64,000 bases of DNA from Eledone cirrhosa (lineage: Eukaryota): the NCBI GenBank assembly GCA_964016885.1, contig OZ024742.1, positions 194,308,001-194,372,000 of the forward strand, read 5' to 3'. The position numbers were made by a program, and so were the translations under genes. The notes below the pieces were generated by a model. The model did no database searches. It had not been told where the DNA came from and saw only the letters and a list, made by a program, of their open reading frames with translations. This document shows, one piece after another, positions 40,528-54,249 of the stretch; position 1 is the first letter of the stretch, and the number at the start of each line of letters is the position of its first letter.

Positions 40528-43500
40528 AGTTGCATTCATCTTGCTTTATGTTCATACGAGTTATCACCAAGTCATAACCAGTGACCTCAAGAGACAACAA
40601 GGTCCGCCATGTTCAAGAAAGAACATACATACTCACGCATGCATCTTTAGGTGTTTAGACTTGTGATGTACTTATATTGACGGAACGTTCCTTAGTATAT
40701 GGGCAGTTCCCATTAGTACTATCTTTTGTATTTCTCCTATACGCGAGTTTCCTGGGATTTGCGATAAGTAATCATTAGACCCCTTAGGTATCATTCCTAG
40801 AGCGCCTCCAACCACTGGTATTGTTTTAGTTCTCAATTTCCACATTTTTCCAATTTCTATCTCCAGGTCCTTATACTGGCTCAATTTTTCAAATGTTTTT
40901 ATAGTTACATTCTTGTATATTGGAACGGACATATCAATTAGCAGGCATACCCTCTTTTTAAAGTCCTTCAATATATATCAGGTCTATTTGCATCTATCTT
41001 TCGTTCTGTTTGTATGCTAAAGATCCAGATGATTGAGATGTGATCTTTTTCAAGTATGGGAGGGGGTTGATGCTCCCACCAATTCTTTTGATGAGGCATG
41101 TCAAAATGCTTACAGATTATCCAATGTATGTATTGTGCAGCTCTGTCATGCCTGTTTAGGTATTCGGTTGGAGCTATAGGACTGCACATTGAAATTATAT
41201 GATCAATGGTCTCTGGTTGTTTTTTACATACACTGCATAATGGGTTGCATCCATTTTTTTATTATGTTGGCTTGGTAATTTTTTGTTGGCAGACACTGAT
41301 CTTGTGCTGATATAATCAGTCCTTCAGTCTCCATTTTCAGTTCAGACGAAGCCAACCACTGATGGGTTAAAGTTTTGTCAACATAATATTTTTAGCTCTT
41401 TCTGGATATTTTCCATACAGAGGCTTTTTTTGCCATTTCTTAGCCAGTTTCTGTAGCAGTCCTTTCTTTGCAATTACTTTTACCTCCTTTGCTTTTTCTG
41501 TGTTTTCCATTTCAGCAGTAAATGGGACTTCTGAAATGTGTAGTCCATTACTGTATCTTTGTGAATCTTTTGTAATGGAGTATGATCTTCTGATACTTTC
41601 GTGTTTCAAAACGTGTTTGATCATCCAATCATGTGATTCCCTTAGATATGTAGATAATCCAATTGTTGCAGTTTTCAACGCAATATATAAATGGATTAAC
41701 CCACGTCCTCTCTCTTTCCTTGGGAGATATATTATATATGTATCTGCCTTAGGGTGATGCATTCTGTGCATGGTTAAGAATTTTCTAATTTTTGTATCGA
41801 GCCTCCGGATCTCTGCGGTTGACCAGTTGATGACATTGTAACTGTAGGTTACTACTGGTATGGCAAGCGTGTTTATGGCATCGATCCTATTCCTTGCATT
41901 CAATTCCGTTCTTAAGATTGCTCTTACTTTGCGCTAACATTCCTTCCTTATCCTTACCCTCATTATCGAGTGCTTGATTCCGTCTCCTTCACAAGCACCT
42001 AGATATTTGTAAGTTTCCTCTTGATCAAGTTCTCTTATCACATCCCCCGATCATGATTAATGTCTGAACTCTTCAGCAGCTTTCCTCTGGTGAACTTCGC
42101 TTTGGCGCATTTATCTAGTCCAAACTCCATTTTAATGTCATCACTGAACTGCTCCGCAGTGGATAATAGCCCTTGCAATTGTTCATCATATTTTGCAAAT
42201 AGTTTGCAAATGTAGAACAAGCGATTAATGGTTTTGTCTTAGATTTTATATCCATGTTTTGTTTCTTTGAGCAATTTACTTAATGGTATAAGTGCGATGC
42301 AGAATAAAAGCAGTGATAAAGAGTCACCCTGAAAAATACCACAATTAATATTAAATTCTCCAGCTTCCCGTGATTCCTTTTCACTATTCAAAAGGAGTGT
42401 CGTTTTCCATGTCATCATACTGAATAACAAGAACCTCCTGACAACGGGAGATATTTTGAAAATCTCTAAACATTTTTCAATCCATCTGTGTGGCAAACTA
42501 TCGAATGCTTTTTTATAATCTATCCAAGCAATTCATAGATTTTTGTGTCTATTATGACAATCTTGCTGTATCATTTTGTTAACCAAAAGCTGATCCTTAC
42601 AGCCATATGAGCCTCGTATACACACTTTCTGCTCATTGGGAAATAGGTCATGTGTTATCAGGTGGTCATATGTATATTCAGTTAGGACTGATGTTAAAAT
42701 TTTATACATTGTGGTCAAGCAAGTTATCGGTCTGTAATTTTTGGGATTGTTTGTCTCATCATTCTTCGGAAGGAGGAATGTAATGCCGTTAACTAGCCAT
42801 GATGGTATCTTTTTTGGCTCCTTAACTATTTCATTGTAAAGTTGGGCTAACAGCTAATGAGACTCTGTGAAGGCATTTATCCAAACATTTGGTATTTTGT
42901 CTTTTCCTGGGGATTTCCATTTGCTGGTTTTTCTAAGAGCCAAGCGCAACTGTTCAACTGTTATATTTTCCCATATTTTTTCATCAAATTGAGCTGTATC
43001 TTTCATTTTTCTGTCTATCCATGGGGCATGTATATTATGAACCTTTTCTTCGGCCCATATCTTTTCCCAGAATTCTTGCACTTCCTCCTTGGGAGGTATT
43101 GATTTAGCAGTTATTCTTGACTTGGCAATGTTTCTGTAGAAGTTTCTTTGGTTGTTTTTTAACATATTATTGTTCTTATAGAATCTAGATCGTTTTTCAA
43201 AGCGCCTTATACGGGCAGCTTTGGCCGACACTCTTTGCTTGATTATTTCTATCAGCATCTATGTCACTTGTTGATTTTATACTGTATTTTCTTTTCAATT
43301 TTCAGAGTTTAGTTTGTTTAACATGTTCACCTACTTTATAGTTTGTTAAAATTTCTATGTCAGATCGGAGAAGGTTTATTTGGCGATTGATATTCTCTTG
43401 CCAAGTAGGTTTCTTGTAGGAATTCTGTTTGGAGTTCTGGATATTAGGTAGAGTGTCTCGTTCCCCCATGTCAGATTCTTTCATTTTCATCCATTCGATC

Positions 43501-44332
43501 ATAATTTCATCCTTCAAGTTGGCAAGTTCATTCTCGTTCATTTCTGTATCATTTACGATCCCATTATTTTCATTTTGAGTTTCATCTTGAGCATGCACTC
43601 CCTCCACTTTTTCGATCCTTTCTTTAATTTGTTCTGTTGCCAGTGATTCCGCCCCAACCCTGGGATTCGAAGTGTTACAATTTACCTCGTTTTCACTGAC
43701 ACATGTTTCATTTTCCCTTCGCTGACTTTGTGCTAATAGCTTGATCTGATCAATTTCTATATCAGTTAGTAACATTTTTTTTACAATATTTCTTCGTATA
43801 TTGGCTAGTTTGTTACTGTCAATATAGCCTCTGTTTTCGGGATGTTTCTTTTTCCAGTTGATATATGTCTGTTCTGTATTGGATGTATTTGATGGGTAGT
43901 ACATGGAAGTGTAGAAAGCCTCAAGGACTTCTTTATTATCTTCCCTTGACCATTTTTCTCTCTTTTTCTTTGAATTTCTTGGTGGTGAGCATGGAGGGCC
44001 AACAGTAGGAGTATTCCGGTTATGGGAGGTCTCCAGCTCCGAAGTGATGGGAAGGTTTGAACCATTAGCTGATTTTTCGACCCCAGTCTGGTTCCTCTCT
44101 GAGGGATGCGGCCCTTTTTTACCCTGGTGACGGCCGATCCGATATGAGATTTTATCATTAGATATATACTTTATTTTGTCGCGTTTTATCCTTATCCGCC
44201 AAGGGGTAATCATTTCGTGTTACCACTTCTAGAACGAGTGTCAACCAAGACTAGAGGGGTCGTTCTCCCCTAGAGACACGGCTATTCCCGCCGGCCGCCA
44301 TCCCGGTATTTCTTGGTCACGGGGATTTCTTT
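40528..44332 (-). mobile_element. R4/Dong-like RLE non-LTR retrotransposon, copy 2, near full length and frameshifted
   Basis: RT (GIFQGDSLS), CCHC finger (C..C....ETIDHIISMC), YLNRHD, RPDI, LIDMSVP, KLSQYKDL, IPVVGGALG, QKIVLMGTAHILR; 3' (TAA)n. Confidence 0.92.
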
Positions 44333-45398
44333 TTGTTTTTTTTTTTAAATTGTTATTATCATGAGTGCTTCCTTAATGTGAGCATTGCGTGGCTTAAGAA
44401 TGAAATTATTAATAATTGTCTCCACTCCAGGCACAAGGCCAGCAATCACCCAGTGCATCACAATAATATAATATACTTTTTGCTGAAGTTACCTGTTGTT
44501 GTTGTTGGCTATGTCGGTGGTGGTGATGGGGCTTTTTATATTGTTGGTGAGGAAGGGGTGAGCCAGCAGTGCCATAGTTGTTGATGTTGACGTTTGGCCG
44601 GTGGCCAGGTCAATCTATTTATATCTTTTGCTAGCCTCTCCCTTGTCTAGTGATACCGCCACCTTCCCCTTTCTCTCTCAAATTAACAGGGGAATAGTGG
44701 TGGTAGCAATGAAGGAGTGGTGGCGGCGGTGATGGGATAGTGGTAGCAATGATGGATGTAGTGGTGGCGGCGGTGGCGTTGCCGTTACTGAGTTTTATGA
44801 TATGTAGTTTCTGAGTTTGTGTCGCGTATGTTTAATATATATTGTGTTGACATATTCTCGTAAAATTGGAATTAAACATTTTGTTAAAACTTGAGAAAAT
44901 AATAAAAGTAATTATTATTATGATGCTGGGATTGGTGGTGGTGGTGGTGGTGAAATTGCCGTTATCTGGCTGTTATATTTAGTGTGATGGTGTAGGTGGT
45001 GTCAAGTTTCTGGTATTGGTGAAATTGCTGTTATTTGGCTGTTCTATATAGTGTAGACAGAGGGTGTTTTCTTCCATTTATATTCATTTTCTTTTTTGAA
45101 TACAAAATATATAATACAAAATTGAATATTTGAGCGATATAACAATATAATATGTATCCGAAATTTTATGGGACTTGATTCGGTGGTTTATGCATAATTT
45201 GTACTAAGAATTGTTATTTCACAATTGATTTAAATATGTTAAAAATCAAAAACTTACGGAAGCGATTTCATGACCTTCTACCACCTCGTGCGTCTTCTTC
45301 CCTTCTTCATCTTCTTCTTCTTCTTCTTATTATTATTATTATTATTAATATATTATTATTATTATTATTATATTATTATTATTATTATTAATAATAAT

Positions 45399-45465
<67 letters not shown>

Positions 45466-46118
45466 GTGAGAATCCTACAATATTTAATAACGATAATAAT
45501 AATTGCTTCGAGAAAAATATAGATGGGATCATAGAAATGCTCACGTATGTATAAATATAAATATGGGAGGTAGAAACAGAGGCGTCTAGGGTCAGGGAAG
45601 TCGCGCCTCAATAGAGGAAAGTCGCTAGTTTGAGTATGGTTACTAGGCAAGAAGGTGTGACTTAGTCTGCCGTGGTCGTGTTCAGTTGTACGAAGCTGCA
45701 AATACTGCTAAAGAAATGAGTTCCCATTGGATTACCATTGCCCCATTTGGTATGTTGTATACAAGTGCGAAATCACAATCTACTTTAAATACCATCTTAC
45801 AACGTTTGAAATCCCATGTCCCTGACACAACATCCTTTCACGCATACCTCCCATCCTTATACACTCGTGTGTGTTTGCATGATCCCATCTGCCTGTTATT
45901 ATTTTCTTTTCCAATGGCGGTGTATTGACATAATCGCTCGATCATTGTACCAATGCTTAGCTGCATTTGTTCGGCTCATTACTTTCAAATTCTGCCGAGG
46001 TTAGTTTGCCTTACGTCAATATAATAAAGTACCAGGAATGCATTGGAGTCAATCTAATCGACTTTCTTCTCCTCCCCAAAAAAGTGTTGGCCATGTGCCT
46101 AATTCAGAAATCATTATC

Positions 46119-46780
46119 ATGCTGTCCAACAGAATCAACGGGCGCTGGACGGTCGGAGCGGTTAAATAGCTCAAGGTCTGATTTTGTCCAGATCTCCAAA
46201 TGAGCAAACACTGAGATGAGCAGAAATGATCCGAGAAGAAGCTATCCCTGACAGCTACGCGTACATCACGTCCGCCATCTACAGCGGAATTACCTTCATG
46301 CTCTGTCCTGGTCGACGTCTGACCTCACTGGAGCATTTTCGAGTATTGTTGCTCTGTGGGTATACGTCAAACACCTGTTATCACGTGTCGACGGATCTGA
46401 CAATCAAGTGAGTCCATTCCTTCAAATGGCAAAAACGAACAGATTTTTATCTGCATAGTAGTCCTAGTGAAAGAGGTGATGTGGTGGATGCGTTTGAAAG
46501 AGTTAACGCCCGATTAACCCTTTTAAGTTTAACCTGAAAAAATCTCAAGATGAAGAGGGATATTCTGTCTTCCATCCAGTTTGTTGAAAGGTAAGTGAGG
46601 GAGGTTAACATGTACTGAGCCTGTATATTGGAGAAGAACTGAGTGAGGGTCGAGGTCACCATGGTATTTGGGGGATATCTTCTTGAGTGACCATTAGTGG
46701 AATCACCGCTTCTATAGAATTTGATTTGTCTATACATATTTGTTCAGCCTTTGTTATAAACCTTTATTTTACATAAAAGC
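46119..46780 (+). mobile_element. Decayed, internally deleted Tx1-like fragment
   Basis: gggcgctggacgg, gttaaat, gaagctatccctga, gcgtacatcacgtcc match 1688-1920; ccagtttgttgaaag matches ~2826. Confidence 0.7.
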
Positions 46781-46844
46781 TTACACTCTAGCGTCCTATA
46801 CCATCTTTCTAAAGTCTGTCTTAAGCCAGAAGTCTCATTTGGCC

Positions 46845-47075
46845 AGTGCTTATCCCAGCTTCATGGCATGAAGCGACTGAGAGTACAAGACGTCCCCTGG
46901 ACAGGACGCCAGTCCATTGCAGGGTTAAACTCCCAGCTATTGCTTGTACGCATTTTCAGCTGAGTATACTGGAGAAACGTGAAATGAGTGTTTTTGCTTA
47001 ATAACACAACACGCAACCCAGGAATCCACGACATTATGATCGTAAGTCCAAGACCCTTATCACTAGGCCTCTGCC
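46845..47075 (-). mobile_element. SINE with V-domain-like segment
   Basis: Minus strand CCCTGCAATGGACTGGCGTCCTGTCCAGGGG..GTCGCTTCATGC, downstream of a tRNA-like head. Confidence 0.6.
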
Positions 47076-47242
47076 TCCATATACCGTCTTTATTGCCATC
47101 TTATTGCAAGTCTTGCGCGAATAATAAATAAATAAACCATTATTATTATGTTTTTGTACTTGTGTATGTGTGTGTATATATGTACAATATTGTGAGTGCA
47201 TATTCGCATATATATACATATAAATATGTATATATATATTTA

Positions 47243-47390
47243 AGTTGTTCTTGGTTCAATCGGGGGTTACCACAGTAACATAGCAATACATAGCAATACA
47301 TAGCAGTGTATAAATGTTTTAATATAGAAAAGCTTCTACAGGAATAGAACTGTTTCATTCGTGAGAAATCATCAGGAAGCTGACTGTTCA
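47243..47390 (-). mobile_element. Family A copy (not palindromic) with intact HHR at 47332-47380
   Basis: Minus strand: gcttc-CTGATGA-tttctcacgaat-GAAA-cagttctattcctg-TA-gaagc; tail CCGATTGAACC next to TA-rich repeat. Confidence 0.85.
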
Positions 47391-47931
47391 AGTAAATGTG
47401 GTGGTATTTATATCTTTTCTGGTGGTAGGAGATGGTGGGGGTTAGGGTGGGTGGAGGTCATTGGTTGATGGTCTTAAAGAAAAGGAAACTCATTAAAAGC
47501 TAATTCTTTAAAGTTATAATTTATATTTAGAGTGACAAAGCATCAAAGAATACTGTAAACAGTTTCAAATTGGAATACCAATCCTTGTTTTTAAGTATCT
47601 CTTAAAGTAACAAAGCCTGTATATCAGGTGTCTACAGGATGGGTAGGGTTCATTGGTTTAAATAAAGTGGAATTCTTTAAAAGCTAATTCTTTAAAGCTG
47701 AATTTACGGTGACAAAGGCAGAAAGAATTCTATAAACAGCGTCAACTTTTGGGGTGCTTCGCCTTATTGTGAAGTATCTTTTAAGCTATGTTCCGGTGTC
47801 GGCCAGCACATTCACACACGCACAGACATACATGCATACACACACAGACACAAAAACACGTACATATAAATACGTATACACACATACATATACATACAGA
47901 TATATACATATACACATATATATATATATAG

Positions 47932-47990
<59 letters not shown>

Positions 47991-48007
47991 TACATACATA
48001 TACACAC

Positions 48008-48057
<50 letters not shown>

Positions 48058-48568
48058 AAACGGAATAGAAAATGCTGACAAATTGTTCACAGTGAAAAAT
48101 AGTTTAATTAGGAATAAGTGAGAATTAGTAATTGTATGGGTTAGTATTCAGATTTTGTTTTAAGTTTTACCGGTTGCGCATTTAAAATGCTTTTCAAAAA
48201 TAATTTTGAGATAGAGCGTCCGTGATGTTTGCTCTGATCTGATTAGTTTTGGGAATTCTAACTGTTTTTATGTTAAAAAACTTGCTCCAGCGGTATTAAA
48301 ATAGGTTTTGCGCCAATTCGTGTTGCAAAAATTCTTGTGGTCAAAACAATTTTGATTGGTCGGTAGAGGTCATGTGAATGTAAAAAATTGATTTTGCGCC
48401 AAATGTAGTTTTGTGTCGGCTGACTGAGAAATGACTCTTTCACAACAAATATGTGTGTGTGTGTGTGTAGTAGTAGTAGTAGTAGTAAAGTGTTCGTTGT
48501 TGTGATAATGGTTAGCAGGGATGTGTGTGCGAACCGCAGCCTGTTGACAGTTCAAATGCTTATTAAGA

Positions 48569-48651
<83 letters not shown>

Positions 48652-48880
48652 CTCTTTGTATGTTAATGTACGCGTGTGTATGTGTGTGTGTATTTATATA
48701 TGTGTGTGTGTGTGAGAATGTGTATGTGTGTGTGGGGTGGGTGGGGGTGGACCAGTATTTTTTTCCCGGTAAAATGGTGTACATTATTCGATATTTTCAG
48801 TAAAATCGATTCTCTCAATAGAACATCAAAAACCTAAATAATAAAAGGTGTGAAATGATATTCACTATATATATATATAT

Positions 48881-48977
<97 letters not shown>

Positions 48978-51900
48978 TGCACCATAGAACATGTGTTTTT
49001 ACGTATGTCATTGTGTTTATATGTGGGTAGAGATGTGTGCTGATGTAGGTATGTATGTTGAGGTGTGTATGTTGTGGGTTCGTCTTAGGGAGAAGTGTTT
49101 AGACGGGGTCCGTATTTGTTAATAAAGTAAGATTCCTTGCTGATGCGCTGTGTGTGGGTGGCATTAACTTTAAATTTGTAGAGGGGAAAGATTCTGAAGT
49201 TGGGATGATTTTGGGCAGCACAGGTATCAATGTGTTCACTCAGTGGTATTTTCCTGTATTCCCGTATTTTAATTTGGGATCTATGCGTTGGCGGAGGTTG
49301 ATTTTGGTCTGGCCTATGTATTGTACTCGACAACCTGAGCAAGTTAATACATATATTAGATTTTCCGATGCACATGTGATATTGTGTTTTACTATAAAAC
49401 GTTGTCCTTCTTTGAAATAGAATTCCGAACCCTCTATTAGGTTTATGCATATGCCACAGTTGGGTCTATCGCATTTTTTTACTGTGGGTTTCGTTGTTGT
49501 GATTGGCAGTACTTTGGCATGTGTTAGGATGTTTTTCATTGACTTAGATTGTCTTTTGCTCTTTATGATATCGTGTGTTCGTAGGTTTTGGTTCATTCTA
49601 TGGTCCCTTTTCAATACAGGGATGTTCTGGAGGATGGTGTCAAAGGCCTCATTGTTGAGGGGGTTGTGTGTGGAGATGTATGGAAGAGCTTTTAGTTTCG
49701 GTTGATTTACTTTAGGGTGTCTAAGGTCCTGGGTACTAAGTTTTAGGGCACGTTGGATTCCATTGTCAATTAGTGATGCAGGGTAGTCCCTGCCTATGAG
49801 TGTGTCCTTTAGTTCTTGTAGCCGTAAGTAGCAGGAATTTTTATTGGAGAATATAGTTCAGATTCTCTTAGCTAAGTTGTAGGGAATATTAATTTTAACG
49901 TGTCTAGGGTGGCAAGAGTTGAAAGGAAGATATTGCTTGGAGTCTGTGGGCTTGTGGTATATGTCTGTTTCTATTTTTTTTGTTATGGATCTTAATGAGG
50001 ATGTCGAGGAATGGGAGTTGTTGATGGCTGTATTCCATCGTGAAGTTAATATTCGTGTTGAGCCCATTTATAAGGGTGTAAAATTCTTTAAGTTTCTCGA
50101 TGTTTTCGTGCCAAAGGATGAACAGTCATCTAGATATCGCTTCCAGTTCCTTTCTATGTGTAAGTGGCGAGTGTTTCCAAATTTGTTTAGGACTTTAGTG
50201 TAGAGGGTGATTTCCAGGTATCCCCTGACTAGGTTGGCATAAGTGGGGCTGTTTTCGTTCCCATAGCGGTCCCAGATTTCTGCCTGCAGGGTTTGTTATT
50301 GAAAACGAAGTAATTGTTCTCCAAGCTAAATTTGAGTCCTTCTATCACGAATTCTTTTTTGATGCGTTTTGGAAGTTCATTTGGGTAATTATCCAGCCAG
50401 AACTGGATAGCTTCTATTCCTAGGTTGTGGGGGGTGTTGGAGTATAGGTTGACTACATCGAACGTCACTAGTAGGGTCTGTTCAGAAAGTGGCATATTAG
50501 GGAGGTGATTGAGCATATCTAGGTCGTCCCTTATATAGCTTTTGATGTGTTTGAGAAAAGGCTTGAGAAGGCTATCAATGAAGTTGCTAAGGCGGTGGGT
50601 TTCGCAAGCGGGGCCTGCTATTATAGGTCTTAATTTGTGATCATTGGGTGAGGGTACATTGATGACTATGTCTCTGGCTTCCTTGCATGCCTTACTTATT
50701 AATTCGCTTTTATGTACTTTAGGGATACCGTAGAAAAGGCTGGATTGACTTGTGAAGTCAGTGATGAAGCTGAATTCCTTGTTAGTGAGTCCTTCTTTGT
50801 ATTGGTTGATTAGAATTTTTAGGTTTCTCATAATTTTCTGTTGATTGTAGTGTTCAGCTTTTTCGTAGTATGTTTCGTTTTCCAAAGTGGAGAGCGCTAA
50901 GTTGATATAGAATTCTGTCTCCATTAGGACTACTGTACACCCTTTATCAGCCTCATTAATTGTAATGGTTTTGTCGGTTTTTAATCTATTTAACTCTTCC
51001 CATTCTTTCTTGTTGAGGTTTGGCTTGTGTTTTTGTCTGTTCAAGTGTTGGTAAGGGAAGTTTGTGATGTGTTCACAGAATTCGTCCAGGATTTTATTTC
51101 TACCTTTTGATGGGGTGTAATTGCTTTTATTTCTGGCTTATGATTCATCCTCATTGTACTGGTCGAATAGTTGTTCACTGAGTCGTAAATTTCTACAGAA
51201 GTCTGTGATGTCTTCCTTCATTTCATAGTAGTTAGGACGTAGTGGGGTCGGTGTGAATTTAAGACCTTTGGAGAGTAAGTTGATAAGGTTGGGTGTTGGT
51301 TCTGTACTAGTAAGATTGATAATTTTTATTACTATCGGTTTCTCCTCCCTGTCTTGTGTTATTTTGTTTGCCTGTATCTGTGTGCTGTGTCTAAAAAATG
51401 GTTGGGGTAGAGGGGTTTTCTGCTGATGTTAATTGGTCTCCTGTGTTTGCTATATTCCTTGTTGCAAAATGTGGTTCGGGTTGGTGGTTGTAGATTGAAT
51501 GGGGTATTCCTGTACTGCGAGTATGGGTGTGTTTTTCTATGTGCCATGTTGGATTGTGGTGTTATAGGTGGCCTATGTTGTTGGTTGTATCGTGTGGTGT
51601 GGGTTTGTTGTGTATTGTGGAAGCGAGAGTTGAGAAAATGGAAATTACCATGCTGTCCCCTTGAAGTGGGGAAGTTGTTACATCTATCATGGTGGTGGTA
51701 TCTTTTCCCTGTTTGACGATGAGGCATCCGCGTAGTTGTTGAGTGATTTGGTATGGTGTCTCCTTGAAGGGGGAAAGTTGTAAATGTCATTCTGGGGGAG
51801 ACGATTTCTTGGGTTTTTGTTCCTTCTTATGGTAGTGAGGTTGGGAAGTTCATCTTCGGTGTGGTTCTTCCTTCTTCGTTTGTTAGTGGCTTGGGGGTTT

Positions 51901-52792
51901 GCGAAGTTGTTGTGCGGTTCAGTTATGGGTTTTACTATTTTTATGAATGGGTTATTGGAGGTGTAATCCGTTTGAAAAATCGATTCATAGTTTAGGAACC
52001 AAGCGGCACTTTTTTCCCAACGTTGAAGGGATTTCAGTTCTTCTCTGTTGCAGTCCCCTTTCCATAATTTGGAGATATTCTCTACCTTGGAGCCTTCCGT
52101 TTTATTGTTGATTTCCAGGAGGATCTCTTCATCGATGGTTTTGATTTTTTCCTCATTTGTCTGGGCCCTCAGTTTAAGAAGTTCAATTTCTGTCTTCATT
52201 TTTTCCAATGCCACTCTTTCCCTAAGGTGTCTTTGAGGTTCGGGTTCATTTGGAATGGACTTTATTTGTATATTACGGGGGAGAGTTAGAGGGGTTGAGT
52301 TAAGCCATTTTTCATATATCTCCGCTTTGTTGTGATTTTGTATCATCTTCCAGAATGAGAACTTTCTGTCTCTGAGGGATTTTGTTCCATTTTGGAATTG
52401 TTCGAATTTTCATTTTGTATGAATCAATCTCACATGGTTCTTCTTATGTTTTTCCTGGGTTGGTAGTAGTGAACATAGTTTGGGGAGTATCGCAAAGGTT
52501 TTGGAGTTTATCACCGATTTCGGAGGGTTTGTATCCGGAGACGGTTTCCTTATTTGTGGAGTCAAGTTTGTTGACCAGCAAAGATAGGTTGGTGTTAATT
52601 TTCTTAAGTTCCTGTAGAATCTCTTCATTTGTGTTGATAAGGGTTGTATCCATTTCTGTTGGGATTTTCTGTATCTCGTGTGAAGATATGATATTTAAAA
52701 GAATAGAGGTGAAAGACACAAGTCATTATATATCGGTAAACGGAATAGAAAATGTTGAGAAACTGTTCACAGTGAAAAATACTTTAATTAGT
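48058..52792 (-). mobile_element. Near full-length Neptune-like PLE (RT plus GIY-YIG), frameshifted, with terminal direct repeat, in (TA)n
   Basis: ADKG, FYGIPKVHK, LRPII, FDVVNLYSN, GTAMGT, DIYHKPTD..SCHPRH, linker CDRPNCGIC..C, NLIYVLTCSGC..YIGQT; AAACGGAATAGAAAATG..TTTAATTAG at both 48058 and 52738. Confidence 0.9.
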
Positions 52793-52891
52793 TTAATATT
52801 ATAATATATATATATATATATATTAGTTTAATAGTTTAATATATATATATAGTTTAATAGTTTAATATATATATATATATAATATATATAT

Positions 52892-53080
52892 GTTTAATAT
52901 AGAAAAGGCTTTTACAGGGCTAGAACTGTTTCATTCGAGAGAAATCTTCAGGAGCTTCCAGATGATTTCTCCCGAATGAAATAGTTCTAGTACTGTAGAG
53001 GCATTTTCTATATTAAATAGTTATACTTTGTATCGCGTACCTTATTTACTGTCGTTACACCCGATTGAACCCGGGATAAA

Positions 53081-53082
<2 letters not shown>
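52892..53082 (+). mobile_element. Family A fold-back palindrome in (TA)n
   Basis: Arms ~52893-52952 and ~52958-53017; left arm gives CTGAAGA..GAAAcag..ctgTA on the minus strand; family tail present. Confidence 0.8.
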
Positions 53083-53112
<30 letters not shown>

Positions 53113-53120
<8 letters not shown>

Positions 53121-53508
53121 TAACAGATTAAAGTTTAAGCAGAGAATCGCTGCTTTCACCCTTAACAGGATCTTCTGAATCTAGAAAATTCAACCTGTGA
53201 ACGCAGAAGTATAACTAAAGTCGTAGACTAAAATTCTATTTAGGAAACCGAATGATTCTCGGCTTCAGAGTTAAGAATAATGTAAGTAAATTACAAAGTT
53301 AATTGAAATCAACAAAAATTAAATATATACATGCACGCATCCATATACGTACATACACATGCATACGCGGAAACACCCGCCATGAGTATGCAAATACAAG
53401 CACGTACATAAAAAAGACGCACGCACATACAGAACACACGCAACACCTGTAGCCGCACACCTACGAACCTATACACCAAATACATATAAATATATATATA
53501 TTAAAAAA

Positions 53509-53539
<31 letters not shown>

Positions 53540-53585
53540 CGTGTATACATATAATTATATAAACGTATATAAATATACACACATC
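53113..53585. repeat. Modules X and Y, second copies
   Basis: See 36190-36290 and 36490-36750. Confidence 0.7.
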
Positions 53586-54159
53586 AATACGTATATAACG
53601 CGCGACCACACGTATCTACATGTAAAAACACATATGTTCGCTAAACGGACGTCGATCAAAACACAAAGTACACATATACACACACCCTACATACGTACGA
53701 ACCCGAATACACACACAGACGCAAAACTCAGTTATAAACATAACCATATGCACATGTACCAGTATATATAATATAAAATATACGCCTATAACATATACAA
53801 GCAAATATACCTACGAAAAAGTATATGTACCTTCACAAAACCTACAGGTAATATATACTTACCTATACAAATAAGTAATGGTTTAAATATAACATATACT
53901 TAGCTACCACATCAAGACGTAAAATGTCCGCGTATAGTTCGTACTATACGTTAGCGTATAATGTGTGGCTATCCGTTAGGGTATAAAGATGGTTAAAAGA
54001 TGGTTAAAAGGGTTCCAAATACAACGTCAAACACAACTTCGCTAAATGTTCTTAATCCCATTCTAAATCAAGAAACTATTATTCCTATCGCAAATAACTT
54101 CTCCAATCCAATTCCTTCTATAGATAACACTAGGTCACTCATTAATAATTGTTTCTACA

Positions 54160-54248
54160 TTTGGCACAAGGCCAGCAATTACCCAGTACATTACTGGTAC
54201 TTTATTTTATCGACCCCGTAAGGATGAAAGGCAAAGTTAACCTTGGCG
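54160..54248 (-). mobile_element. Partial SINE
   Basis: Reverse complement of core and tail. Confidence 0.8.
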
Positions 54249-54249
54249 G

